Source: Verrucomicrobiota bacterium
GTDB lineage: Bacteria; Verrucomicrobiota; Verrucomicrobiia; Limisphaerales; UBA1412
DNA length: 64,000 nucleotides
Direction of reading: 5' to 3'
NCBI GenBank assembly: GCA_023230105.1
Contig: JALNXY010000006.1
Location: 76,886 to 140,885, forward strand
The notes under the pieces are model-generated. The model ran no database searches. It saw only the letters and a program-made list of their open reading frames with translations, and was not told where the DNA came from. This document shows, one piece after another, positions 47,301 to 54,954 of this stretch. Each line of letters opens with the position of its first letter. The first letter of the stretch is position 1. The position numbers were made by a program, and so were the translations under genes.

Positions 47301-50300
47301 GTGATTGGCACAATATGGTGTTGGTCAATAACGCTCCGGCCAAGATTTTCTACATCTATCTGGATGGAGTTTTGATGGAAGGATTCCAGTATCCTGATAC
47401 TATTTTCACCTTCCCGACAGTTGTTGACGAAGGTTATGGTAATATCGGCTGCTATATGGAGGGGATTGATCCCTACGGTGAAGAAAACGACATGTACCTT
47501 TTCTTCAATGGCAACTTGGACCGTATCCGTGTTTGGGACGGGGTTGTAGGACCGGAACAGATAGATTATCCTCCTACTGATCCGATTCCTCCGTACTATT
47601 ACGACGATGTCAACTATACTGGCGACTTCAAGGGAAGCGTTGTATGGGATGAAGAAGCAGATACTTACACTGTTAAGGGCTCCGGCGCTGATGTCTGGGG
47701 TTCCAGTGATCAGTTCTTCTATGTTTACAATCCCATTCCTGGCGGCACGGATTTCGACTTTTCCGTCAAAGTCAATAGCTTCCAGGCTCCTTCCGATGGA
47801 TGGGCCAAAGCTGGTCTCATGGTTCGTGAAGGAAATGTTGAAGGTAACCAGATTGGCAATGCTCGCCACTTCACCACTCAGACCCAGCGTCCGGATAGTC
47901 CGGGCAACACATCGTTCTGGTCTTCATGGCGTTCGTCTACGGGTGGTACTGTGAGCGATTCCACAGCGGCAACCTATGGAACGCTGACGTTCCCTCATTG
48001 GCAGCGTATTGTTAGCGTGGATGGTATCTTCTACAGCCTCATCAGTACGGATGGGGAAAATTGGAACCTTCTCGCCGCAGTCGATACGACTCAATGGAGC
48101 GGTGGCACTCTGGGCTCCACCAACCCGCTTTATGTGGGTATGTGGGTGACCTCACACAACTCCAATAGCAATGATGCCACGGCGTTATTCAGTGAACTTG
48201 AGCTCACGATGGGTTATGTTCCAATGGAAATTATCACCCAGCCCGCTTCAGTTACAACTGTAGCAGGAGCGAGAGCTTCGATCCGCGCACTGGCAATTGG
48301 CACAGACATTAACCTTCAGTGGTTCAAGAATGGAGAAGCGCTTGAAGACTTCACAGGAAGTTCCTTCTATTGCTACGCCACTCCTTGGGATGCGGGCGAG
48401 TATCATTTGGCCGTTTACCAGAATAATGGATTTATTCTGAGCGACGTGGCCACACTGACCGTCAATCCTGCTACCGAACCTGACGCCGTACAGGCCTGGG
48501 TTTATGACAATCCCAATCCGGGGAACTTGGACAAGGTAAAAGCTGCATTCAGGAATTACACCAATCCGAACCTGGTTCTTTATTTGACCCAGTATTTGGA
48601 GACCCCGACGGATCGCGCAGATAACTATTGTTCTTCAATAGCGGGTCTGTTGACTCCTCCGGAGACAGGCACCTATTACTTCTATATTGCCTCGGATGAT
48701 CAGAGTCAACTTTGGCTGAGCTCCGATGCGACTCCCGCCGGTTTAGGCGGTACCCGCACTTGCGAGGTGACCGGCTGGGCCCCGAGTCGTGTTTATAACC
48801 AGGAACCCAACCAGAAGTCAGTGGCAGTCAACTTAGTAGCCGGTAAGGATTACTATTTTGAGGTATTCCATGTGGAAGGCGGCGGCGGAGATAACCTCTC
48901 TGTTGCATGGGCAACTCCCAGTATGGGTGACGTGCTCCCGACGCTCCCCATCGAAGCACAATACATCAAACCTTACAGAGGAGCTCCTCCTACCATTTTG
49001 GGTATGGAAGTTCCGATCGTAGTTGAAGGTAATGGTGCAACCCTCACGGTGGATGCCAAGGGTGCTGGCGAGATTACTTATCAATGGTACAAGAACGGTG
49101 TGGCGATCAAAGACGCTACCGGTTCCTCCTATACTATTGGTCAGACTGGCACCGGTGACGCCGGTGTGTACACGGTGGGCGTGAGCAATCTCGGTGGAAC
49201 AACGATGAGCTCCGGCAAGACTTTGGTGGTATCTTCTGATCCTGCCAAACTGCAGAAGCTTGTTGACTTCCAGATGGACGAAGGTCAATTCCTTGAGACG
49301 TCCAGCTCTGTGGGTAATGCGCTAGCCACTTTCGGTTACGACGCTGATCCTAGCGCTGTGGTCAATGGTGTTGTTGCTCCTTCGGGCTTAGTTGATGACT
49401 ATGCAGCGGAGTTTAACGGACAAGGCTGGCTCCTGGGTACTTTTGAAGGAACCCCGGTCGCCTTAGACAAACCGTTCACTTGGGAAGCTTGGGTCTGGAG
49501 AGATCCGCTGAGCATCAAGACCTACGAGGACTTCTTCCGCGTTGGTGACACGATCAAGATTGGTATGAATACCGCCCATGTCTTCCAGGCAACCTTCATG
49601 GGTATCGTTGATATCAACTCTGAGGTTGTTGTTGAAAACGATATTTGGATGCACTTGGCTTGCACATGGGAGCCGGGCGTGGGAGTCACCTTCTACAAGA
49701 ACGGTGCTCAAATCGCCTCTGTCCCCGTGACCTCAATGCCGAGAGCATACGGTAACAACCGTATCTCGTTGGGTTCCGATAACTTTGGTGGTTCGATCTT
49801 CCAGGGTAGAATGGACCGCATGCGTCTCCATGCCGGTATCTTGCAGCCTTCGCAGCTTGATGTGGGTGTAACGAATCCGAAGGCTCCTATTGAAGGAGTG
49901 ACTTTGCTGAGTTACGGTTTCGATGAGGGGCAAACGCCTTATGCCAGTGCGGGTCTCGGAAATATTGAGCTCCTGGATGGCGCACAAGTGATGGCCGCCG
50001 CTTCCAAACCTGTTTGGACAGAAGGCCCGCTCGCAGGTAAGTATGATCACGCTCTCAGGTTCAACGGCAGCGCTTATGCTCCGTTTAACACAGATGGTAT
50101 CAACTTCGGTGATAAGAGTGACCTGAGTTTCTCGATGAGCGCTTGGATTAAGGACATTAAGGTTTCTACGTCCCGCCAGGTATTCTTCCAAACTCTGGGT
50201 AACGTAGCCGGAACTTGCCCGAGAGTCTCGTTCTCCATCAGTCCTGCTCGTGAAGTCTTCTTTACGACATTGGGAATTGCCGACTTCAATACTGGAGTCA

Positions 50301-53158
50301 AAATTCCTGAGGGCTCTGATTGGCACCAGATCGCCGTGGCTTACAATGCCCCCGGAGGTCTCGTCTATGTATACATTGACGGTCAATTGGCCGGCACTAA
50401 GGCCTATACAGGTGGAGTGAACTTCGCTGCACAGACAACTGACCTGAGTGGTTGCCTTGGACGCGAGCTCGGTGGCTCATTGCCTATTACCGGCTCTGTG
50501 GACCGCGTAACCGTTTGGAAGGGTGTTCTCGGCTTAGAGCAGTTGGATTATCCTGCCGCTCCTCCGGTTCCTCCGTACTTCTATGACGATGTCAATTACG
50601 AGGGCGAAGCTCCCGGTAGTTTAGTGGAAGCTCCTAAGGGAACCTACACGATTCAAGGAAGTGGTAACGGTATCGGTGTCGTAGAAGATTCCTTCTTCTA
50701 TGTTTACAATCAGGCTCCTGCGGGTGACTTCGACGTCACCGTCAAAGTAGAAAGCTTGACTTCCGATTCCGGAAGGGCCCTGGCGGGTCTGATGGTTCGC
50801 GAGGGTGATGCCGACTTCGGTGTGCAGGCGGGAAGCTCACGTTACTTCAGCTCACTGGTTTGGGAGGATGGAAAAACAGGGCTGGATTATAGTGGCGCTG
50901 CCTGGCGTTCTGTGGCTTCAAGCCCGATTGTGTCCGTTCCTTTTGGGGCGGAAGCTGAATATCCGCATTGGCAGCGTATTGTTCGTATTGAGGATATTCT
51001 CTACGGACTTTACAGCGCTGATGGAGAAAACTGGACAGTACTGGCTGAGGAAGACACCTCTGATTGGACTGATGGTCCTCTGGGTTCTACGTTGCCTCTC
51101 TACATTGGTATGTGGACAACTTCAGGTGATGAAGCCAGCAATGACGGCACCGCTGTGTTTTCTCACTACAATGAGGTGAAGGGCTTCATACCTGCAGAGA
51201 TTATCGTACAACCGGATTCCGCAACTGTGTGTGAGGGATCGCTGGCTGGATTCAATGTTCTAGCCCTCGGTACGGACCTCTCCTACACCTGGTATCATGA
51301 CGGACTGATAGTTCCTGATCGTTATGAAGACACGCTCGGTACGCTCTTCGCAACTGAAGAAACGGCTGGTACCTATTATGTGAATGTAACCCAAGGGACA
51401 ACGGTTCTTACCTCTGACGAAGCGGTGTTGACTGTTGTTGAGAATCCTCAGCCTGGTCTTGTCCAGGTATGGAATTACGAAGGTCCTACTTCCATAAGTG
51501 ATCTTATTTACAATCTGTGGAACTTCACTGCACCTGATGAAGTGCTCTTCCTGAATCCTGAAGGTTACTTCGAGACTCCGGAAAATCATGGCATTCTCTA
51601 CGGTTCTGTGATTGTGGGTCTGATTACTCCTGAAGAGACCGGAACGTATAATTTCTACGTTGCCGCTGATAAGGAGAGCGCTCTCTACTTGAGCACGACC
51701 GGCAGCCCGGAAGATGTAAGCGAAGATCCGATTGCTTGGGTTTCTCTGCCCACTGCAAGCCGTCAATACGACCTGTATCCTGAGCAGAAATCTGCCGCAA
51801 TCGAGTTGGTCGCCGGAGAAAGCTACTACTTCGAGCTCTTCCACAATGTGGGAGCCGAAGGAGATAATCTCTCCGTGGCCTGGACAACTCCGAGCCAGGT
51901 CAATCCGGAAAGTAGTGATGTTCCGGTAGTCCCGATGGAAGCACGCTTCCTGAGTCCGTACATAGGCGAACCGATCCCCGTGGGTCACTTGCCTGAAATA
52001 ACTCAGCAGCCTGTGAGTCCTGAAATGGTCTATACAAGCGACGGATATCTGGCCCTCAGTGTCGAAGCGACAGGGACAGAGCCTCTCACTGTGGTATGGT
52101 TGAAGGATGGTGTTGAATCGGGTCTGACCGGTAACACCATTGAGGTAGCTCGGACGACGGCTAATGCCGGCAGCTGGACTGCTCTCGTGACTAACATTGT
52201 CGGTTCTACGGTTTCTGACGCTGCTGTGATCAGTTTCCGCGAGCCCGCAAGTGGCTACGAAGCCCTGGTTTCAAGCTACAATCCTTGGGCATACTGGAGA
52301 TTGGGTGAAGGCGATGGTGCTGATAAGGCCGTTGATTACGCTCATCTGCTCAATGCTTCTTTCGCCTCCGGCAACCTGCTGGGTATCCCTGGAGCTATTG
52401 CTCAGGATGCCGATACAGCGGTCGCCTTCAGCGGCGGTTTGAAGAATACTGAGTCCTATAGCACAATGGTGGCTCCTGCAATCGGTTTGGAAACTGTTTC
52501 TGAAGCAACCCTGCTCTGCTGGGTGAAGAGAGACGGTGCGCAGATCGACTACACGCCGATGATGATGAACCGTTCAGATGAAGGTGAATTCACTGGATTA
52601 ACCTTTGTCCATGGCAATGCTCTGGGTTACAGCTGGGGTGGCCAGCCGGCCGCATGGTCCTTCAATAGCGGACTTACGATGGCTGATGGAAGCTGGTACT
52701 TTGCAGCTCTGGTTGTCAAACCGACTGAAGCCGTCCTTTACCTGGGCAGCGAGACGACTGGTTTGAGAAGCGCAGCTAACCCTGTTGCTCATACTCCGAC
52801 TCAGATAGACACCCTCTTCACGTTGGGTGGACAGGATAATGAAGGTACAGATAGACTCTTCAAGGGTGCTCTGGATGAACCTGCTCTCTTCAACTATGCG
52901 TTGAGTGCAGAACAAATTCAGGAAATCTTCGAAACGGGTCTCTTTGGTGTCCTGACGGATCCTGACCTGACTTATAAGGTTGAGCACGGAAAACTGGTCC
53001 TCAGCTGGTTGGTGTCTTCTCGTTGTGCCTTGGAGGTTGCTCCGACTGCAGAAGGTCCTTGGACTCATGCTGGACTTCCTACCGAAGTCGACGGGACTAA
53101 TGTCTACGAAGTTGAGCTGGGCAAAGTGGGCACGGGCTTCTACCGCCTGGTGCGCTAG
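44399..53158 (+). CDS. Giant secreted modular lectin/adhesin-like protein (2919 aa)
   Basis: Signal peptide, then an N-terminal ConA-like domain and three discoidin-like repeats (IDGDVNTKY...). These are followed by Ig-like (YQWYKNG...), LamG-like (LDRIRVWDGVV, VDRVTVWKGVL), ConA-like (AGLMVREG) and PA14-like (GTYYFYIASDDQSQLWLS, DNLSVAW) modules and a C-terminal module ending GFYRLVR. Confidence 0.8.
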   Translation: MVMNKKITFSAALLAAAFLSHSGVFHAEGAEVAPPMSIVADVAGGAPSATSEVVLAAIPPLGPEVGVKFQDDFTNGETILDLTKWIHSKTGPTDIEVEAGGGVFAGAGQSGVNLWAGRSIRTTDGFSYGPTSLKVTVERPYLNLVSGTGVKSGVILSNADSSNFFFLSDGLPDEGWAWSVNSIGSGNPISAFAPMNDGLEHVIELAYDGTAVDMYLDGVYGGRVDWDCPAPVYVDLGFYTHQIGDAIQGAFGPIVIENVDYKQKLVLPGDIARPINSVKEVNRSSYPGAESPAMVIDGDVNTKYLNFGGENTGFIVTPGYGKSTVNSFQMWTAGDAPERDPDTYEIYGTDDVITSTDNGFGDGENWTLIQSGTVALPTDRQVAGPLVSVNNSVAYSSYKVLFPSLRRDGNSMMQLADIQFFADAAGTQGILSYSDSIIAVQPVSSWSNLSGEKESSQHTIDGDVNTKYFSGLGTYSGVIFLPSNPKTIVKSLVLTTANDFTERDPASFELYGTNEEVVSKDYSLGNAEDWTLIASGNLDLPLDRKTAADPILIPSGNAYSAYKVIFPTLRVEGTPAMQIAEIQLLGAVVEAAPASLINPGDTVVGAGGEYPENEPPQAALDRVVGTKYLNFGGAGTGFIVTTTGEPFQANYFMYTTANDSNDRDPLAFEVFGTNDAIDGEETWTPAGNGVIEPSVFRFRNTAPAFFANGKAYSSYKVIFTQLRGSSMFQIAEVYMYCNVEAPALEDVVVQSGVEGDNLTFTAVASGTEPLEYQWYKNGELIDGATGSSYVIESASLADTAAYSVSVGNSKGTEASLPQSVVVSSSPDNLAQFLFFMCDEGAGVETYDFVTGTPAVFTEPAPAWSDSAPSRQFGTKYSAYDYSLGFAGDSGAMFSTEDIDIDPASPSMTIDFWFQGIQATGNWQELVALYGNSKGTCPVIAVDVDSFGCLAFYVGYNEFSTGLPFPSDSDWHNMVLVNNAPAKIFYIYLDGVLMEGFQYPDTIFTFPTVVDEGYGNIGCYMEGIDPYGEENDMYLFFNGNLDRIRVWDGVVGPEQIDYPPTDPIPPYYYDDVNYTGDFKGSVVWDEEADTYTVKGSGADVWGSSDQFFYVYNPIPGGTDFDFSVKVNSFQAPSDGWAKAGLMVREGNVEGNQIGNARHFTTQTQRPDSPGNTSFWSSWRSSTGGTVSDSTAATYGTLTFPHWQRIVSVDGIFYSLISTDGENWNLLAAVDTTQWSGGTLGSTNPLYVGMWVTSHNSNSNDATALFSELELTMGYVPMEIITQPASVTTVAGARASIRALAIGTDINLQWFKNGEALEDFTGSSFYCYATPWDAGEYHLAVYQNNGFILSDVATLTVNPATEPDAVQAWVYDNPNPGNLDKVKAAFRNYTNPNLVLYLTQYLETPTDRADNYCSSIAGLLTPPETGTYYFYIASDDQSQLWLSSDATPAGLGGTRTCEVTGWAPSRVYNQEPNQKSVAVNLVAGKDYYFEVFHVEGGGGDNLSVAWATPSMGDVLPTLPIEAQYIKPYRGAPPTILGMEVPIVVEGNGATLTVDAKGAGEITYQWYKNGVAIKDATGSSYTIGQTGTGDAGVYTVGVSNLGGTTMSSGKTLVVSSDPAKLQKLVDFQMDEGQFLETSSSVGNALATFGYDADPSAVVNGVVAPSGLVDDYAAEFNGQGWLLGTFEGTPVALDKPFTWEAWVWRDPLSIKTYEDFFRVGDTIKIGMNTAHVFQATFMGIVDINSEVVVENDIWMHLACTWEPGVGVTFYKNGAQIASVPVTSMPRAYGNNRISLGSDNFGGSIFQGRMDRMRLHAGILQPSQLDVGVTNPKAPIEGVTLLSYGFDEGQTPYASAGLGNIELLDGAQVMAAASKPVWTEGPLAGKYDHALRFNGSAYAPFNTDGINFGDKSDLSFSMSAWIKDIKVSTSRQVFFQTLGNVAGTCPRVSFSISPAREVFFTTLGIADFNTGVKIPEGSDWHQIAVAYNAPGGLVYVYIDGQLAGTKAYTGGVNFAAQTTDLSGCLGRELGGSLPITGSVDRVTVWKGVLGLEQLDYPAAPPVPPYFYDDVNYEGEAPGSLVEAPKGTYTIQGSGNGIGVVEDSFFYVYNQAPAGDFDVTVKVESLTSDSGRALAGLMVREGDADFGVQAGSSRYFSSLVWEDGKTGLDYSGAAWRSVASSPIVSVPFGAEAEYPHWQRIVRIEDILYGLYSADGENWTVLAEEDTSDWTDGPLGSTLPLYIGMWTTSGDEASNDGTAVFSHYNEVKGFIPAEIIVQPDSATVCEGSLAGFNVLALGTDLSYTWYHDGLIVPDRYEDTLGTLFATEETAGTYYVNVTQGTTVLTSDEAVLTVVENPQPGLVQVWNYEGPTSISDLIYNLWNFTAPDEVLFLNPEGYFETPENHGILYGSVIVGLITPEETGTYNFYVAADKESALYLSTTGSPEDVSEDPIAWVSLPTASRQYDLYPEQKSAAIELVAGESYYFELFHNVGAEGDNLSVAWTTPSQVNPESSDVPVVPMEARFLSPYIGEPIPVGHLPEITQQPVSPEMVYTSDGYLALSVEATGTEPLTVVWLKDGVESGLTGNTIEVARTTANAGSWTALVTNIVGSTVSDAAVISFREPASGYEALVSSYNPWAYWRLGEGDGADKAVDYAHLLNASFASGNLLGIPGAIAQDADTAVAFSGGLKNTESYSTMVAPAIGLETVSEATLLCWVKRDGAQIDYTPMMMNRSDEGEFTGLTFVHGNALGYSWGGQPAAWSFNSGLTMADGSWYFAALVVKPTEAVLYLGSETTGLRSAANPVAHTPTQIDTLFTLGGQDNEGTDRLFKGALDEPALFNYALSAEQIQEIFETGLFGVLTDPDLTYKVEHGKLVLSWLVSSRCALEVAPTAEGPWTHAGLPTEVDGTNVYEVELGKVGTGFYRLVR
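45200..46605 (+). repeat. Three tandem discoidin/galactose-binding-like coding repeats (about 155 aa each) inside the giant gene
   Basis: Repeated pattern (V/T)IDGDVNTKY(L/F)...ERDP..(Y/F)E(I/L/V)(Y/F)GT(D/N)...W(T)...SYKV(L/I)F...MQ(L/I)A(D/E)IQ. Boundaries are approximate (plus or minus 30 nt). Confidence 0.6.
46615..48975 (+). repeat. Intragenic super-repeat unit A (Ig, LamG, ConA-like, Ig, PA14)
   Basis: Collinear with unit B at the protein level, e.g. PPYYYDDVNY vs PPYFYDDVNY and FPHWQRIVSVDGIFY vs YPHWQRIVRIEDILY. Boundaries are approximate. Confidence 0.6.
48976..51965 (+). repeat. Intragenic super-repeat unit B (Ig, LamG, LamG, ConA-like, Ig, PA14)
   Basis: Same module order as unit A plus one extra LamG. 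ConA-like and PA14 landmarks recur about 2.98 kb after those in unit A. Confidence 0.6.
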
Positions 53159-53202
53159 TTCCTAGCATTCAGAGTTAAGAAACTCTGAGTAACTTATTCA
53201 AA

Positions 53203-53240
53203 ACTGCCGTTTGTCGAAAGACGAACGGCAGTTTTGCTGT
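53203..53240 (+). terminator. Rho-independent terminator after the giant gene
   Basis: ACTGCCGTTTGTC gaaa GACGAACGGCAGT (13-bp stem with one G-T pair) followed by TTTTGCTGTT. Confidence 0.6.
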
Positions 53241-53299
53241 TGAAGAATGTCTCTTTCTTTTGGAGAGCAAATCTTCTACTATGTCGGAGCGGATTGAGA

Positions 53300-54247
53300 A
53301 TGATGATGAAAAAGATATTGAGATGGACGACGCTTTTGATTGCGTTAATCGGTATAAATGTTTCTGCCCAGGAGGTCATACGCCTTTGGGAAAATGATGC
53401 CCCCTATGCCCAGGGCAAGGAAGATAAAGATATTCCAACATTGACGGTCTATTTGCCCGCTGAAGGCAAAGCCAATGGCTCAGCTGTTGTGGTTTGCCCC
53501 GGAGGTGGCTATTGGGGCCTTAGTGATTATGAGTATGAGGGAGCCGGATATGCGCGTTTTTTAGCTTCGCATGGGGTGAGCGTTTTCGTGTTGCGCTACC
53601 GTCTAGCCTCCAACGGATATCATTATCCGGTAATGTTGATGGATGCCGCACGCGCTGTAAGAGTCGTGCGTTCTCAGGCTCAGAAGTGGGGGATAGATGT
53701 TGATCGAATCGGTGTGATGGGTTCATCTGCCGGCGGACATCTGGCTGCTCTCTTGATGACACATTATGAGAAGGCAAACCCTGCGCTGCTGGACCCCATT
53801 GACAGACTGAGCTCCCGTCCCGATCTCGCAATTCTCTGCTACCCTGTGATCACATCCGGAGATTTCGCTCATATGGGCTCAATCCAGAACCTCCTTGGAC
53901 CCAATTTCACTGCGGGCTTGGCAGAGTATGTGAGCATCGAAAAACAGGTGGATAAGAATACTCCGCCTTGTTTTATCTGGCATACTTTTGAAGATGAAGT
54001 AGTACCCACTGAGAATGCGCTGCTTTTGGCGGCTGCCCTAAGAAAAGCCGGAGTTCCCTTTGATTTGCATATTTACGAGAAAGGGATTCATGGTTTGGCT
54101 CTGGCAGGTATACGCTGGACAACTACCCAGGGGATGGATGAAAAAGATTTTCATCCCTGGAGCCGAGACCTCCTTTTCTGGCTGGAGGGGAGGGGTTTTT
54201 TTGAAAAGAAGAAGGTGGAAGAAGCTCAGGAGAAAGTTGAAAAATGA
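53300..54247 (+). CDS. Secreted alpha/beta-hydrolase (esterase/lipase type)
   Basis: Signal peptide MMMKKILRWTTLLIALIGINVSAQ, oxyanion region VVCPGGGYWG and nucleophile elbow GSSAGGH. ATG 53300 lies downstream of the terminator, unlike the ORF-track start at 53234. Confidence 0.75.
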   Translation: MMMKKILRWTTLLIALIGINVSAQEVIRLWENDAPYAQGKEDKDIPTLTVYLPAEGKANGSAVVVCPGGGYWGLSDYEYEGAGYARFLASHGVSVFVLRYRLASNGYHYPVMLMDAARAVRVVRSQAQKWGIDVDRIGVMGSSAGGHLAALLMTHYEKANPALLDPIDRLSSRPDLAILCYPVITSGDFAHMGSIQNLLGPNFTAGLAEYVSIEKQVDKNTPPCFIWHTFEDEVVPTENALLLAAALRKAGVPFDLHIYEKGIHGLALAGIRWTTTQGMDEKDFHPWSRDLLFWLEGRGFFEKKKVEEAQEKVEK

Positions 54248-54717
54248 AAAAGACGATTTTGTCTCTTTTGACGCTTTGTGTGGCTATTGGGTTTACGGGA
54301 TGCTCCGGAACGAAGGGGTTTCTCGCTGAAGATGATTTCTCAATGTCAGACCCCTTCCTTTACAAGAAACGGTATACGGAGGGTTTCCTGGATATGATTA
54401 TTCTCCGCAAGGGAAGCCTCTTTCCGAGCTATGAAATCACCGATTGCCAGTACACGAAACAGGATTTATCCAATCTGGTGCTCCCCAGAAATCCCTATTT
54501 CGCTGATGATGACATGGTCAGAGTTCTGGGACGGGATGATGAAGAGCTGGGTGTTTATATGATCAGCTTTATTGAAAACGAGAGCAGCACTCTTGGAATT
54601 GTCACTGAGGACGGGAAGGTAAAGAAGACGACTGCGCAAGCCCGGTTGGTAATTCCTTATCAGATGCAAGTCAAGTACCTCAAGATAGGGAGCAAGAAAA
54701 TAGAAATTCCTCAGTAG
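54244..54717 (+). CDS. Small lipoprotein of unknown function
   Basis: Lipobox LLTLCVAIGFTGC. ATGA overlap with the esterase gene. Confidence 0.5.
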   Translation: MKKTILSLLTLCVAIGFTGCSGTKGFLAEDDFSMSDPFLYKKRYTEGFLDMIILRKGSLFPSYEITDCQYTKQDLSNLVLPRNPYFADDDMVRVLGRDDEELGVYMISFIENESSTLGIVTEDGKVKKTTAQARLVIPYQMQVKYLKIGSKKIEIPQ

Positions 54718-54762
54718 ACTTTTTCTGAGAATTCGGAAGACCCGGATTGATCAAACCGGGAT

Positions 54763-54844
54763 TGGTGCGCGAGGGGGGACTTGAACCCCCACCCTTTCGG
54801 ACCAGATCCTAAGTCTGGCGTGTATGCCATTTCACCACTCGCGC
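54763..54844 (-). tRNA. tRNA-Leu, anticodon UAG, long variable arm, genomically encoded CCA
   Basis: Reverse complement GCGCGAGTGGTGAAATGGCATACACGCCAGACTTAGGATCTGGTCCGAAAGGGTGGGGGTTCAAGTCCCCCCTCGCGCACCA. It has a 7-bp acceptor stem, anticodon stem CCAGA/TCTGG with loop CTTAGGA, and a GGTTCAAGTCC T-arm. Confidence 0.9.
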
Positions 54845-54954
54845 GTTTGGGGTACCGCTGAAATTCAGGCGGAAACCTGGAAAGAGTGTAGCCGATTTAT
54901 TGGCTTTTATTCAATACAGGAAAGAGGGGGCGCTCCATTTTCTATGTTTCGATA

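Noticed and set aside
47243-51988. Several 150-240-aa minus-strand ORFs (47243-47869, 48833-49288, 49733-50386, 51260-51988) inside the giant gene
   Set aside because: An uninterrupted 8.76-kb plus-strand frame with coherent domain repeats explains the region. The antisense ORFs are by-products of codon bias.
45200-52240. Periodic repeats considered as CRISPR or a tandem DNA repeat array
   Set aside because: The repeat units are 0.45-3 kb, diverged, and entirely within one reading frame with domain-like conservation. There are no short identical repeats with unique spacers.
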